Below are positions 26,278 to 36,946 of a stretch of 48,828 nucleotides of DNA, piece by piece. How positions within the stretch are numbered: the first letter of the stretch is position 1; the number at the start of each line of letters is the position of its first letter. The DNA is from an uncultured Sulfurospirillum sp. (lineage in GTDB: Bacteria; Campylobacterota; Campylobacteria; Campylobacterales; QNZT01), in contig CAYLLC010000005.1 in the NCBI GenBank assembly GCA_964384355.1, forward strand, positions 1 to 48,828, read 5' to 3'. Both the position numbers and the translations under genes were made by a program. Under the pieces are notes generated by a model. It was given only the letters and a program-made list of their open reading frames with translations, did not search any database and was not told the DNA's origin.

Positions 26278-27975
26278 TTACTTCAGCTGATCTTTAATGA
26301 CATCTCCGAGCGTGATTTTGGTGTCATCGTTATAAGAGTCGAGCGCCTCTTTCTCTTTGATTCTCGCCACTTTTCGCACCGAGAGACGAATTCTGTTCTT
26401 CTCGACATCGATAAAGGAGATCGCCGCTTCGATCTCTTCGCCGATCTCCAGCTCATCCGCTTTCTTCTCTCCGAGATCTTCGTGACGGATCAGTGCATCG
26501 ACACCATCTTCGAGTTCGACGAATACGCCGAAATCTTTGATATCTCTCACTTTGGCAGTGACGATATCGTTGGCTTTATGTGTCTTGGCGAACTTCTCGA
26601 TCGGACTCTCCTCGAGATCTTTTTTGCTCAGAGAGATCTTCTCGTTTTCGGTATCGATACGCACGATCTTGACCTCTACCTCGTCACCGACATTGAGGAT
26701 GTCACGCGCTTTGACGCTTCTGTCCCAGGAGACATCTTCGTTGTGCAGCAGCCCTTCTACCCCGCCGATACGGACAAACGCACCGAAATCGGTGATCGTC
26801 GTCACGGTACCTTTGACGATATCGCCGCTTCGATGGCTCTTTTTGAACTCGTCGAACGGTTTTGGCAGAATGTTTTTGAGCGATACGCGCAGCTTCTGCT
26901 TCTCGAAATCCATTTCGACGATTTCGACATCGATCTCTTCACCCACCTCGAGATAGTCTTTGGGGTGTTTGATATTTTTGTCCCAGGAGATTTCGGAGAC
27001 ATGCAGGAATCCCTCGACGTCGTTGCCCAGATCGACGAAGACGCCGTATGGCTCGATATTGCTGACCTGTACTTTGACCGCATCGCCCACTTCCAGCTGC
27101 TCTGCGAGATCGTCCCACGGATTCGGCGTAGCCGCTTTGATCGAGAGTGAGAGGTGACGCTTCGCTTCATCGTATCCGATCGCTTTGACAGGAACCACTT
27201 CGCCCTCTTCGTAGAGCTTGGACGGATTGACCGGACCTTTGTAGCTGATCTCGCTGTAGTGTACCAGACCGTCTACCCCGCCGACATCGACGAACATACC
27301 GTAGCTGGTGATCTTCTTGATGACACCTTCGACAGCTTCGTCACTGGCGAGCAGTTTGTCGATGATCTCTTTTCTGTTGGCACGATCCGCTTCGATCAGT
27401 ACTTTTCGCGATCCGACGATGGAGTTGTTCTCTTTGTCCACTTTCAGGACCTGCAGTTTCACCTTTTTGCCGATCGTCGACTTCTGATCTTTCAGGTAGG
27501 CCTGTGATTTCGGCAGAAACACTTCGATGCCTTCATCACTTTCGACGATGAAACCGCCTTTGTTCTTACCGATTACCTTGCCTTCGAGAATGACAGGCTC
27601 ACCCGCTTCGTCATATGACTTGACGAACTCTTCCACTTTTTTGGTGCGAAGCGCTTTTCTGTAGGAGAGACCCGGTCTCTCGTTTCTGTAGCCGGTGATC
27701 ATCACCGGCAGTTTGTCACCGACCTGAAAGAGGAGATTTCCCTCTTCGTCGAGGATCTCGTCACGACGGAGCAGACCCTCCTGCTTCTTGCCCACATCTA
27801 CCAAAACGGCATTCTCTTCAGGCTTGTCCGCGACGATCACGCCCTCTGCGATATTTCCGCCTTTCTCCTCTTTGATAGAAGCTTCAAACATAGAAGCAAA
27901 ATCCTCTTCATCTCCCAGATCCATCGCCTCGATGGCACTTTTGCTATGAGCTTTCACGCCCGCCTCGTTTAACAT
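26278..27975 (-). CDS. rpsA: 30S ribosomal protein S1
   Basis: About 565 aa with six S1 (OB-fold) repeats. The ORF-track start at 27978 is GTG. ATG at 27975 has better spacing to the AAGGAT RBS. Confidence 0.93.
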   Translation of the reverse strand: MLNEAGVKAHSKSAIEAMDLGDEEDFASMFEASIKEEKGGNIAEGVIVADKPEENAVLVDVGKKQEGLLRRDEILDEEGNLLFQVGDKLPVMITGYRNERPGLSYRKALRTKKVEEFVKSYDEAGEPVILEGKVIGKNKGGFIVESDEGIEVFLPKSQAYLKDQKSTIGKKVKLQVLKVDKENNSIVGSRKVLIEADRANRKEIIDKLLASDEAVEGVIKKITSYGMFVDVGGVDGLVHYSEISYKGPVNPSKLYEEGEVVPVKAIGYDEAKRHLSLSIKAATPNPWDDLAEQLEVGDAVKVQVSNIEPYGVFVDLGNDVEGFLHVSEISWDKNIKHPKDYLEVGEEIDVEIVEMDFEKQKLRVSLKNILPKPFDEFKKSHRSGDIVKGTVTTITDFGAFVRIGGVEGLLHNEDVSWDRSVKARDILNVGDEVEVKIVRIDTENEKISLSKKDLEESPIEKFAKTHKANDIVTAKVRDIKDFGVFVELEDGVDALIRHEDLGEKKADELEIGEEIEAAISFIDVEKNRIRLSVRKVARIKEKEALDSYNDDTKITLGDVIKDQLK

Positions 27976-28014
27976 CACAATCCTTTTACACTATTTGTTT
28001 TAAAATTTGAGCCA

Positions 28015-28845
28015 TTATACAGAAAAGTTTCTTATTTTATCTATGACATTCTGGATAATCCAGTCCGGTGTCGATGCTCCGGCAGTCACCCCGCACACTT
28101 TTTTGCCTGCGAACCACGCCGCTTCCAGCTCTTCGGGTGTCTCGATCAGATAGCTGTCGGGGCAGTTGGCCTGCGCGATATTGAAGAGCTGCTTGGTATT
28201 GGAAGAGTTCTTTCCTCCGATGACGATCATCACATCCGCTTCACGGCTCAGCTTGTCGGCAGCCTCCTGATTCTCGAAGGTCGCGTTGCAGATCGTGTTG
28301 AATACGCGCACCTCCTTGACATTTTCGATCAGGTAGTCGACGATCTTCATAAACTCCTTCACTTTGCGCGTCGTCTGCGACACGACTGCCACCTTCGGCC
28401 CCAGATAGTGATCTTTGAGATCTTCCGTATCCATGACGACCAGCGGTTCGTTGACCGCGTAGCTGCGTACCCCTTTCACCTCCGGATGGTTCGCATCCCC
28501 GAAGATCACGACACGATACCCCGCCTGACTCATCTCTTCGGCGATCTCCTGCGGCTTGGTCACAAAGGGGCATGTCGCATCGATAATCTCTTTGCCGCTC
28601 TCTTTCAGCTCTCTGAGCTCATCCTTCATGATCCCGTGCGTGCGGATAATCACCTTCTCAGTATCTTTCAGCTCATCCAGCGTATGCGTGGTCCGTACAT
28701 TGAAATGCTGCTCGAGACGGTTGATCTCTTCGCGATTGTGTATCAGAGGACCGTAGGTCGATGCATCTTTCGACTCCTCCGCGATCTCGATCGCCCGCTT
28801 CACACCGAAACAGAATCCGTAATTTTCCGCTAACTTAATCTCCAT
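28015..28845 (-). CDS. ispH: 4-hydroxy-3-methylbut-2-enyl diphosphate reductase
   Basis: 276 aa. [19 protein letters not shown]..., with conserved Cys residues (CFGV, CPFV, ICNAT) for the 4Fe-4S cluster. Confidence 0.93.
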   Translation of the reverse strand: MEIKLAENYGFCFGVKRAIEIAEESKDASTYGPLIHNREEINRLEQHFNVRTTHTLDELKDTEKVIIRTHGIMKDELRELKESGKEIIDATCPFVTKPQEIAEEMSQAGYRVVIFGDANHPEVKGVRSYAVNEPLVVMDTEDLKDHYLGPKVAVVSQTTRKVKEFMKIVDYLIENVKEVRVFNTICNATFENQEAADKLSREADVMIVIGGKNSSNTKQLFNIAQANCPDSYLIETPEELEAAWFAGKKVCGVTAGASTPDWIIQNVIDKIRNFSV

Positions 28846-30124
28846 CCCGTACCTCGCTTATCTGTGATAGTAACTCTCTGAAATTGGGAAAAGAGGTCGC
28901 GATACAGTCGGTATCCTCTATCTTCATTCCCGTTTTGAGTCCCGCTACGGCGAAACTCATCGCGATCCGGTGATCGCCATGCGAATCGATCACCGCTTCA
29001 TGCATCGTTCCGCCCGTGACGCTGTATCCATCCTCGAAACTCTCCGTTTCGATACCGATACGCGCCAGATTCTCCACCACGCTTTCGATGCGGTCGCTCT
29101 CTTTGACGCGCAGCTCGGCCGCATTTCTGACCAGGCTCCTGCCCTCGGCGCATGCCATCGCGATACTGAGCGCCGGCAGTTCGTCGATCAGCCATGCGAT
29201 GTTTTCTTCGACCGTCACCGCATGCAGCGGGGCATAGCTGACGACGATATCGCCGATCGGCTCGTAGCGCTCCTCTTTGGGGAGAAATTCGATCCCGGCA
29301 CCCATCCTCTGCAGCACGCGATAGGCTTCGATCCGTGTCGGGTTGAGCGAGAGGTTCTGCAGCACGACACGGCTGCCCGGCACGATCGCCGCCGCCACGG
29401 CGAAAAAGAAGGCGCTGGAGGGATCGGCCGGTACCGTGATCTGCAGCGGATCGAGCGGTGCCTCCATCGGGTGGATCTCGATCCCTTCGCCCTTCTGCGC
29501 GATCTTCGCCCCCATCCCTCGGAGCATCCGCTCGCTGTGGTCACGGCTCAGATGCGGCTCCTGATAGTACGAGGGGCTCTGCGCATTGAGCGCTGCGAGA
29601 ATCATCGCACTCTTCACCTGCGCCGAAGCGATCGGCGAGCGGTAGACGAACCCTTTGAGATCCTGCACGCCCCGGATCGCGATCGGCGCCAGATTCCCCT
29701 GCCGGCGTCCGTCGATCTGCGCCCCGATACTGCGGAGCGGATCGGCGACACGACGCATCGGCCGCGATGCGAGATAGCGGTCTCCGAAGAGGACGAAAAA
29801 GCCCTCTCTCGATGCCAGAAATCCCATAAAGAGCCGAATCGCCGTCCCGGAATTGCCGCAGTCGAGAATCTGCGCCGGCTCTTCGATCCGCTCGGGAGGG
29901 GTGATCGTCATCTCATCCCCTGCATGCGTCACCTTCGCGCCGAGCCCTTTGACGATCTCGAGCGTGTTGAGGGTATCTTCCGCCTGCAGATAGTTTCGGA
30001 TACGGGAGGGGCGGTCGCTCAGCAGCGAAAAGATCGCACAGCGGTGCGAGATCGATTTGTCCGAAGCGATCGAGCCTATCTGCAGATCGAAGCTTTCGGC
30101 GGGGCGGACATAGAGGCTACTCAT
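28835..30124 (-). CDS. aroA: 3-phosphoshikimate 1-carboxyvinyltransferase (EPSP synthase)
   Basis: 429 aa. [17 protein letters not shown] and the RVKESDR motif. ATGA overlap with pheT. Confidence 0.93.
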   Translation of the reverse strand: MSSLYVRPAESFDLQIGSIASDKSISHRCAIFSLLSDRPSRIRNYLQAEDTLNTLEIVKGLGAKVTHAGDEMTITPPERIEEPAQILDCGNSGTAIRLFMGFLASREGFFVLFGDRYLASRPMRRVADPLRSIGAQIDGRRQGNLAPIAIRGVQDLKGFVYRSPIASAQVKSAMILAALNAQSPSYYQEPHLSRDHSERMLRGMGAKIAQKGEGIEIHPMEAPLDPLQITVPADPSSAFFFAVAAAIVPGSRVVLQNLSLNPTRIEAYRVLQRMGAGIEFLPKEERYEPIGDIVVSYAPLHAVTVEENIAWLIDELPALSIAMACAEGRSLVRNAAELRVKESDRIESVVENLARIGIETESFEDGYSVTGGTMHEAVIDSHGDHRIAMSFAVAGLKTGMKIEDTDCIATSFPNFRELLSQISEVRDGD

Positions 30125-32445
30125 CGCAGCGTGATCCCCAGAGTCTCTTGGAGTCTCGAAAGTATCCCATCCATGATTTCGCCGATCTCCTCTTCCGTCA
30201 GGGTCTTCTCGTCCGATCGGATCTCGAAGCGCACCGTCAGGCTCTTGCGCTCCCCGAGGCTCTCATCTTCGTAGAGATCGATCGGATAAAAGGCGCGAAC
30301 CGCTTCCGAAATCTCCGATTCGAGCGTCGATTTGATCGCATCGAACGTCACGCTGTCGGGTACCAGCAGCGAGAGATCCCGCTGCAGCGACGGAAATCTG
30401 GCAAACGGCTTCGCCGTAATCGTGCCGTAGGCCAGCCTGTCGAAATCGAGCTCACACACATAGGTGCGCGGCAGATCGTACGCTTTTTCGACATTGGCAT
30501 GCAGCCTCGCCACCACGCCGGCATCCTCACCCGCGATCATCACCCGCGCCTGCTCATAGGGGCTGAAGAGTGCGGAAGTCCGGGTATCTTTTTTGAGGCT
30601 GAAGGCGCCGACGACGGCCGAGATGCTGTCGCAGAAGGTGAAAAAATCCACCGATTCGGGCTTGCCGCTGTTTTGCAGTGTCGCATCTTCGCGTTGGCCG
30701 CTGAAGAGAAACGCGATCTTCTCATGCTCCTCTCTGCGACTGTCGACGACCCGCCCCAGCTCGAAGAGCTGCACCCGTTTTCGGCCGTTTTTGAGATTCT
30801 CCCCTGCCGATTCGATCAGATGTATCAGCAGCGTCGTGCGCAGCGTATTGAGCTCTTCGCTGATCGGATTGGCCAGATCGAGCGCCTCATCCACGACCGG
30901 CAGGCCGTACGCCTCCAGCACTTTTCGATTGTCGAAAAAGTAGTGCACCGCTTCGAAAAAGCCTGCACCCGCCGCTTTGGTACGGTACTGCGTACGCTTT
31001 TTATACCGGGTGTAGCTCTCGTTGATACGGCGCTTCTCCACAATCTCCAGCGGTCTGGCGGCGATGTTGTCGATACCGATAAAGCGGACGATCTCTTCGA
31101 TGATATCCTGCTTGTGGGCGATGTCGGTACGATAGGGAGGTACCGTCACACGGATAAAATCCCCCTCGCTCTGCGTCTCGATCCCCAGCCTCTCCAGAAT
31201 CGAAACCACTTCACTCATGTCGACGCTCTGCCCGATGAAGTTCTCGATATAGGCCTCCGTCAGCTGCAGCACCCGCTTCTCGTGCGGCTCCGCGTGGCGA
31301 TGCTCGCCGCTGTAGATCTTCGCGCCGCATGCCTCCTGCGTTCTGTCGCAGAAGAAGTCGAGCCCCAGCGCCAGATCGGTCTCGCTTCCCCGGGAAGTGT
31401 TGTAGTAGAGATCATCCGTCTCGCACTGATGCTCCATACGGTAGGTCGCGACCAGATCGGGATCGATGTAGCTCGCCTCGACGATCGCATGCCGCCCCTC
31501 GATCTTCGCAAATTCGCCCTCCTGGTTCAGGCCGATCTGCGAGAGGCGCTTGCCGCCGCAGTAGAGCGATTCGATACCATCGGCATCCTTTTTGAGCGTC
31601 AGGCTCACTCTGCCCTCTTCGTTGTAGAGTTTGTCGAAATCGTAGGCGCGCAGTATCACGCCGGTACTGTGGATCGCATAGATACGCTTCTGCTCCCACG
31701 GCGAAGGGGTGTACTTCTGTGCACATGCGATACGAAACGCCTCCAGCAGCGTCTGTCGGCACGGCTCCAGCTCCATGAAGCGGTAGACCACATCGACATG
31801 CGCTTTGCCGACCACATCAAACTCCAGCACGCGGGCGATCCCTCTGCGATCCTCCCGCCAGCTGCGCTCGTATCTGCGGAGATTGCGGCCGAACGCCGCC
31901 GCGAGGTCTCTGGCCACACCGCGGATACTGAGACAATCTCCGCGGTTCGCCGTCAATTCGATATCGATGATATCGTCGTTGAGCGCTTCGTAGCTTCGCA
32001 GCTCTTTGCCCAGCACCAGCTCTCCGATGCTCTCGTCCAGCACCAGAATCCCGTCGTTCATCTTCGGCAGTCCGATCTCGTCCGCACCGCAGATCATGCC
32101 GTTGGATTCGACCCCTCTGAGCTTCGCTTTTTTGATCACGAATCCATTGCCCAGATCGGCGCCGATCGTCGCGACGGGCACCGTCTGTCCGGCTGCGACA
32201 TTTTTCGCACCGCAGACGATCTGTGTCGTCTCGAATCCCAGATCGACCTGACAGATGTTGAGTTTGTCGGCATCGGGATGCTTCTCGCATGCCAGCACAC
32301 GCCCCACCACCACTTTTTCGGGGATGCGCAGCGCTTCGGTGCTGTCCACTTCCAGCCCGATGCTGTTGAGTTTTTCACAAATCTTTTCGGTGGAGATATC
32401 CGCGATATCGACCCACGCCTGCAACCAATTTTTCGTCACTATCAT
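30121..32445 (-). CDS. pheT: Phenylalanine-tRNA ligase beta subunit
   Basis: 774 aa. N-terminal tRNA-binding OB domain, then B3/4, B5 and FDX-ACB regions. ATGA overlap with pheS. Confidence 0.93.
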   Translation of the reverse strand: MIVTKNWLQAWVDIADISTEKICEKLNSIGLEVDSTEALRIPEKVVVGRVLACEKHPDADKLNICQVDLGFETTQIVCGAKNVAAGQTVPVATIGADLGNGFVIKKAKLRGVESNGMICGADEIGLPKMNDGILVLDESIGELVLGKELRSYEALNDDIIDIELTANRGDCLSIRGVARDLAAAFGRNLRRYERSWREDRRGIARVLEFDVVGKAHVDVVYRFMELEPCRQTLLEAFRIACAQKYTPSPWEQKRIYAIHSTGVILRAYDFDKLYNEEGRVSLTLKKDADGIESLYCGGKRLSQIGLNQEGEFAKIEGRHAIVEASYIDPDLVATYRMEHQCETDDLYYNTSRGSETDLALGLDFFCDRTQEACGAKIYSGEHRHAEPHEKRVLQLTEAYIENFIGQSVDMSEVVSILERLGIETQSEGDFIRVTVPPYRTDIAHKQDIIEEIVRFIGIDNIAARPLEIVEKRRINESYTRYKKRTQYRTKAAGAGFFEAVHYFFDNRKVLEAYGLPVVDEALDLANPISEELNTLRTTLLIHLIESAGENLKNGRKRVQLFELGRVVDSRREEHEKIAFLFSGQREDATLQNSGKPESVDFFTFCDSISAVVGAFSLKKDTRTSALFSPYEQARVMIAGEDAGVVARLHANVEKAYDLPRTYVCELDFDRLAYGTITAKPFARFPSLQRDLSLLVPDSVTFDAIKSTLESEISEAVRAFYPIDLYEDESLGERKSLTVRFEIRSDEKTLTEEEIGEIMDGILSRLQETLGITLR

Positions 32446-33434
32446 CTGAACTGCTCCAATAACCGTAAATCCCCTTCAAAGAGCGAACGCAGATCACCGA
32501 TACGGTGTATCAGCATCGCGAAGCGCTCGACGCCCAGCCCGAAAGCGTAACCGCTGACATGCTCGTATCCGACCGCTTTGAAGACATTGGGATCGACCAT
32601 ACCCGAGCCCAGCACCTCCAGCCAGCCCGTCTTCGAGCAGACCCGGCACCCCTCTCCCTGACAGAAGATACAGCTGATATCGACTTCGGCACTCGGCTCC
32701 GTAAACGGGAAAAAGCTCGGACGGAAGCGTACTTTCACATCGCCGAACATATAGCGGAGAAAATCTTCGAGAATCCATTTGAGATTGGCGAAGGAGATCT
32801 TGCCCTCTTCGTCGACCATCAGCACCTCCACCTGATGAAACATCGGCGTATGCGTCAGGTCGAAATCGCGTCGGAAGACCGAGCCCGGGCTGATCATGCG
32901 GATCGGCGGCTTCTGGCGCTGCATCGTTCGGATCTGCACGGGCGAAGTGTGTGTACGCAGCACATGCCCGTCGCGCAGATAGAAGGTATCCTGCATGTCG
33001 CGTGCCGGATGGTGTCTGGGGAGATTGAGCGCTTCGAAGTTGTGAAAATCATCCTCCGCGAACGGCCCCTCCTCTACCGAGAAGTTGAGCGCCACGAAGT
33101 AGTCGATGATGCGGTTCATCGTCTCGACCACCGGATGGAGCGCACCCGATGCCGATCTGCCGTGATACATCGTCACATCGACGCCGTCGGCCGCCATCTC
33201 CGCGGCGATCGCTTCCGCCTCCAGCGCCATCTTTCTCGCATCGAAGAGCTTCGTCAGCTCCGCTTTGCGGATATTGAGCTGCTGTGCGAACGCCTTCTTC
33301 TCTTCGTTGGGCACCTCTTTCATCCTGGCAAACTGTGCCGCCAGAACACCTTTTTTCCCGAAGATCTCGATCCGCACGGCTTCGAGCGTTTTGAGATCCT
33401 TTGCTTCCGCGATTTTCGCTGCTAAACTTTCCAT
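32442..33434 (-). CDS. pheS: Phenylalanine-tRNA ligase alpha subunit
   Basis: The start is taken at ATG 33434 ([29 protein letters not shown]), which has an AGGAA RBS. The class II motifs are present. The 36-codon upstream extension in the ORF track covers a GC-rich structured leader. Confidence 0.9.
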   Translation of the reverse strand: MESLAAKIAEAKDLKTLEAVRIEIFGKKGVLAAQFARMKEVPNEEKKAFAQQLNIRKAELTKLFDARKMALEAEAIAAEMAADGVDVTMYHGRSASGALHPVVETMNRIIDYFVALNFSVEEGPFAEDDFHNFEALNLPRHHPARDMQDTFYLRDGHVLRTHTSPVQIRTMQRQKPPIRMISPGSVFRRDFDLTHTPMFHQVEVLMVDEEGKISFANLKWILEDFLRYMFGDVKVRFRPSFFPFTEPSAEVDISCIFCQGEGCRVCSKTGWLEVLGSGMVDPNVFKAVGYEHVSGYAFGLGVERFAMLIHRIGDLRSLFEGDLRLLEQFR

Positions 33435-33630
33435 GAAGTTCCTAAGATTTTTTGTTGATTGCATGCTCTGAGTCAGCGCTGCGATCCCGGGTAGCATGCA
33501 CGCGCAGAGAGCCGCTCCTGCAGGAGATACCGATCCGATCACAGAGGTGACTCAGAAGCATCAATTGTATTGAAAAATGGATTAAGGGAAACTATATTAC
33601 CATATGCGACAACATTGCAAGGAGCCCGAT

Positions 33631-33987
33631 ATGTGTATATTCTGTCAAATCGCCAACGGTGAGATGCCCGCCAACAAAATCCATGAAAACGACGCCTTTC
33701 TCGCCTTTCATGATATCTACCCCAAAGCGCCGGTCCATATCCTGATCATCCCCAAAGCGCATGTGGAGAATTTTCAGCAGGCCACGCCCGAACTGATGGC
33801 CCAGATGACCCCTTTCATCCAGGAGGTCGCGCGGATGATGGAGCTGGATGAAAACGGCTACCGGCTCATCACCAACAACGGCCCCGACGGCGGCCAGGAG
33901 GTGCCGCATCTGCACTTTCACCTGCTTGGCGGGACGAAGCTCAGCTGGCCCCAGATGGCGCCGGACAGGGCGAAAAAAGCCTACTAG
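33631..33987 (+). CDS. HIT-family (histidine triad) nucleotide hydrolase
   Basis: AAGGAG at 33619-33624 precedes ATG at 33631. The protein begins MCIFCQIANGE and carries the His triad HLHFHLLGG. Confidence 0.9.
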   Translation: MCIFCQIANGEMPANKIHENDAFLAFHDIYPKAPVHILIIPKAHVENFQQATPELMAQMTPFIQEVARMMELDENGYRLITNNGPDGGQEVPHLHFHLLGGTKLSWPQMAPDRAKKAY

Positions 33988-34002
33988 AATTCAGGGGAGG
34001 TT

Positions 34003-34389
34003 TCACTTCTCCTGATGCGTCTCGAGAGCCAGATTGTGCAATCCGTGCTTCTCGAGCAGATCCAGCAGCCTGACGACTCTGGCATAGGGCACCGACTTGT
34101 CGATACGGACATTGACCGGTTTCTCCCGCTCCTGCACACGCCCCAGCAACCCATCGAGTCTCTCAAAAGTCACCTCTTTGCCGCGATAGGCGATCGCTTC
34201 ACGCCCCAGCTCGATATTGATCTGCTCCTTTTCGATCCGCTGCGTCGCGCTGCGGGTATCGGGCAGCGTCAGCATGAGTGCGAGCTCCTCCTTCTTGAAG
34301 GTCGAACTGACCAGAAAAAAGATCAGAATCAGAAAGACCACATCGATCAGCGGCGTGAGATCGGGGCTCAGGTGCTCTCTGCGCTTCAT
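34003..34389 (-). CDS. exbD: ExbD/TolR-family biopolymer transport protein
   Basis: 128 aa with the motif DLTPLIDVVFLILIFFLV. ATGA overlap with exbB. Confidence 0.85.
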   Translation of the reverse strand: MKRREHLSPDLTPLIDVVFLILIFFLVSSTFKKEELALMLTLPDTRSATQRIEKEQINIELGREAIAYRGKEVTFERLDGLLGRVQEREKPVNVRIDKSVPYARVVRLLDLLEKHGLHNLALETHQEK

Positions 34390-34901
34390 GCGAAGATCTT
34401 CCGGCTCAGGCGGGTGGCGAGGCGCGCTTCGATCTTGTCGAGCATGCTGATGAGATAGTTGTAGCCGATATAGTGCGGAATCGCGACGACCAGCCCCCCG
34501 ACCGTCGTGATCAGTGCCAGCGAGATACCGCCGGCGAAGACACTCGGATCACCCAGCCCCAGCCTGCTGATCGCGTTGAAAGCGCTCAGCACGCCGATCA
34601 CCGTCCCCAGCAGTCCCAGCAGCGGTGCGATCGAGGCGATGATACGCACGGTACTGAGCCCCTTCTCGAACTCCACCATCCGCTCCGTCACCATCTCCCT
34701 GCCCAGAATCTGTCTGGCTTCCGGATCCCCGACATCCAGCTGCGCGTAGATACCCTCCGCCAGTGCTTCGACCCTGCCGCGCGCCAGCAGAAACTGGACA
34801 AATTTGATAATCATCGTCGTGAAACCGACAATGTTGAGAAAGAGGAGGATATACATAATCACCCCGCCCTGTTCGATATAGTGCATCAGCTGCATGCTCA
34901 T
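34386..34901 (-). CDS. exbB: MotA/TolQ/ExbB-family proton channel
   Basis: 171 aa with three TM helices and the conserved segment PLLGLLGTVIG. Confidence 0.85.
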   Translation of the reverse strand: MSMQLMHYIEQGGVIMYILLFLNIVGFTTMIIKFVQFLLARGRVEALAEGIYAQLDVGDPEARQILGREMVTERMVEFEKGLSTVRIIASIAPLLGLLGTVIGVLSAFNAISRLGLGDPSVFAGGISLALITTVGGLVVAIPHYIGYNYLISMLDKIEARLATRLSRKIFA

Positions 34902-35611
34902 CCTTTCAGTCTAAATGTAATCGGTACCGTGATCTCCATCCGCTTCAGCCCCAATCCTTGCGGGATCGGTGGCAGATGCAGCCGCCGGATGGTCCGCGCT
35001 GCCGCACGGGCGAGGATCTCACGGGGAGCGGCGATCACCCGTACCGCTTCGACCTGCCCGTCGCCATGCACCGTAAACGCCACCCTCACATCCCCCTGCA
35101 GATGCATGCGCCGGGCCATTCTCGGATAGTAGAGCGATTCTTTGATCTTGCGGCGGATCAGCGCGATATAGTGGTCCCGAAGCGTCGCGCTCTCGGCAGG
35201 CCGCTGCGGTGCTATCGCCGCTTTGGCTGCATGCGTGACGGGCGGCACGGGCTTATGGTGCACCGCTCGGGGAGGCTTTTTCGCCTCTTTTGCATGCGGC
35301 TTGCGTCGGGGACGCTTTGTCTCTTTTCTATGTATCGGTTTCGCTTTCGGTTCGGTTTTGGGCTTTGGCATCGGCGGTTTTGGATCGGGAGGCTCGACCG
35401 GCCGAATCTGCGGCGACGGCGGTATGACCGGAGGGGGCGGTTTCGCGACCGCCACATGCGTGAGCGTGATGTGGCGGATCTTCGCCTCCGGGCGTACGAC
35501 GGTCGCAGGCCGATCGATCTGCATGCGTATCACCCACAGATGCAGCGCCGCGACCGCCAGAAAGATCGCGAATATACCGATTCTGCCCGGCATCGCTCCC
35601 CGCGCTCTCAT
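34898..35611 (-). CDS. tonB: TonB-family energy transducer
   Basis: 237 aa. N-terminal TM helix, a Pro/Lys-rich spacer (PPPPVIPPSPQIRPVEPPDPKPPMPKPK), and a C-terminal TonB domain (YPRMARRMHLQGDVRVAFTV). Confidence 0.85.
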   Translation of the reverse strand: MRARGAMPGRIGIFAIFLAVAALHLWVIRMQIDRPATVVRPEAKIRHITLTHVAVAKPPPPVIPPSPQIRPVEPPDPKPPMPKPKTEPKAKPIHRKETKRPRRKPHAKEAKKPPRAVHHKPVPPVTHAAKAAIAPQRPAESATLRDHYIALIRRKIKESLYYPRMARRMHLQGDVRVAFTVHGDGQVEAVRVIAAPREILARAAARTIRRLHLPPIPQGLGLKRMEITVPITFRLKG

Positions 35612-36507
35612 GCGCCTCTTTGCGAAAGCGCCCCGTAGAGCTTACGCATCAGCGGCACATCGATCCCCAGTGCCGCACCCTTTCGGACGATGTAGCCGCC
35701 GAGCGTCTCCAGCTCCGTCCGGCGACCCGCTTCGAAGTCGCGCTGCATGGAGGTTTTGGCATCCGGCGGCAGATTTTCCGCCTGTTTGCGTACCTGTGCG
35801 ATATCGGCCTCGTCGATCGGCACGCCCAGTCCGTTGGCGACGCTGCGTATCTCCGTCAGCAGCGCCTCCGCCTCATCGCGATGCTCCCGCCAGACCCTGT
35901 CCATCGGCATCGCATGATACGCGGTCAGCATAGCGAATGTCGCGATGAAGAGATACTTCTTCCAGCATGCATAGCGCGCATCCTCCCGGCACTTGCTCTT
36001 GAGCCCGCTTGCGTTGAGCAGCTGTTCGAGTCTCCGCATCCGCGCATCGATCCGCTCCGCGCCGAAGATCAGATAAAAGAGCGGCGACCGCTTCTCGATC
36101 AGACCCGGTGAAGCGATATGGGAGATCACATGCACACACCCCTCGCACACAATGCCGCGCTGCAGACAGGCGGCGATCTCTGCAGCGTGATCGACACCGT
36201 TGGAGAGCGGGACGACGACCGTCTCCTCCCCGACAAACGGCGCGACCATCCGGCATGCCGACGCCAGATCGTAGCTCTTGACCGCCAGAAAAACGGCATC
36301 GAACCGCGTACCGGGCTGCGGAGGGCGCGTATCGGGATGGACGGTAAAGGTTTCGTCATGGTCGATCACCTGCAGTCCCGACGCTTCGATCGCCGCCAGA
36401 TGCGCCCCGCGCGCGAAAAGCGTCACCTCGGCCGCTCCCGCACGGATCAGCTTCGCCGCGACATATCCGCCGACACCGCCTCCCCCGACGACCGCTATCT
36501 GCATCAT
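35608..36507 (-). CDS. panE: 2-dehydropantoate 2-reductase (ketopantoate reductase family)
   Basis: 299 aa. N-terminal Rossmann motif VVGGGGVGGY and an ApbA/PanE C-terminal domain (SMQRDFEAGRRTELE). Confidence 0.75.
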   Translation of the reverse strand: MMQIAVVGGGGVGGYVAAKLIRAGAAEVTLFARGAHLAAIEASGLQVIDHDETFTVHPDTRPPQPGTRFDAVFLAVKSYDLASACRMVAPFVGEETVVVPLSNGVDHAAEIAACLQRGIVCEGCVHVISHIASPGLIEKRSPLFYLIFGAERIDARMRRLEQLLNASGLKSKCREDARYACWKKYLFIATFAMLTAYHAMPMDRVWREHRDEAEALLTEIRSVANGLGVPIDEADIAQVRKQAENLPPDAKTSMQRDFEAGRRTELETLGGYIVRKGAALGIDVPLMRKLYGALSQRGA

Positions 36508-36509
36508 CG

Positions 36510-36896
36510 CTACAGGCTCAGCACATGCGACTTGAGTATGACCGCATGCATCGTCCCTTCGTAGACATGCGTCTGCTCCACATCTCCGACCACTCTGACC
36601 GTGCAGCGGTTACCGTCGCGCGCTATCACCTCCGCCTCGAAGAGCACGATCTCCCCGACCCGCACCGGCGCCAGAAACTTCGATTCGCTTCCGGCCAGGA
36701 CGACATGGGGGTCGTTGACCGCCGCCATCGCGGCGAAATCGGCCGCACAGAAGCAGAATCCACCATGCACCAAGCCCTCGGCATCCGCACGCATCGATTC
36801 GGTCGTCCTGAGCTCGACCTTCGCATACCCCTCTTCCAGCTGCAGCAGCTCTCCGCTCAAAGCGGGATCGATCTCCCGGTGGGTTTTCAGTTCCAT
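36510..36896 (-). CDS. Hotdog-fold (PaaI/YbgC-like) thioesterase
   Basis: AAGGAG lies 7 nt before ATG at 36896 (MELKTHREI...). The motif HGGFCFCAADFAA is typical of the PaaI-type hotdog fold. Confidence 0.65.
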   Translation of the reverse strand: MELKTHREIDPALSGELLQLEEGYAKVELRTTESMRADAEGLVHGGFCFCAADFAAMAAVNDPHVVLAGSESKFLAPVRVGEIVLFEAEVIARDGNRCTVRVVGDVEQTHVYEGTMHAVILKSHVLSL

Positions 36897-36946
36897 AACG
36901 CGCTCCTTTGATAGAGATACAGGCATATACCGTTGCCGCCATTATA

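Noticed and set aside
30148-32550. 800-aa plus-strand ORF antisense to pheT. Others lie at 28970-30274 (antisense to aroA), 44143-45915 (pstB/pstA) and 41488-42963 (phoR).
   Set aside because: Same reasoning as above: they are antisense shadows of unambiguous housekeeping genes.
33435-33542. A 36-codon N-terminal extension of pheS (ORF-track start at 33542).
   Set aside because: The extension is not PheS-like ([19 protein letters not shown]...) and covers the GC-rich inverted-repeat element. ATG 33434 has an RBS and gives the canonical PheS N-terminus.
33455-33564. SRP (4.5S) RNA, 6S RNA or tRNA in the pheS/HIT intergenic region.
   Set aside because: I could not find the conserved SRP domain IV motif (GGAA tetraloop flanked by AGCA-type loops), a tRNA cloverleaf with a T-loop GTTCNANNC, or the 6S central bubble architecture. 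The element is kept only as an unclassified structured element.
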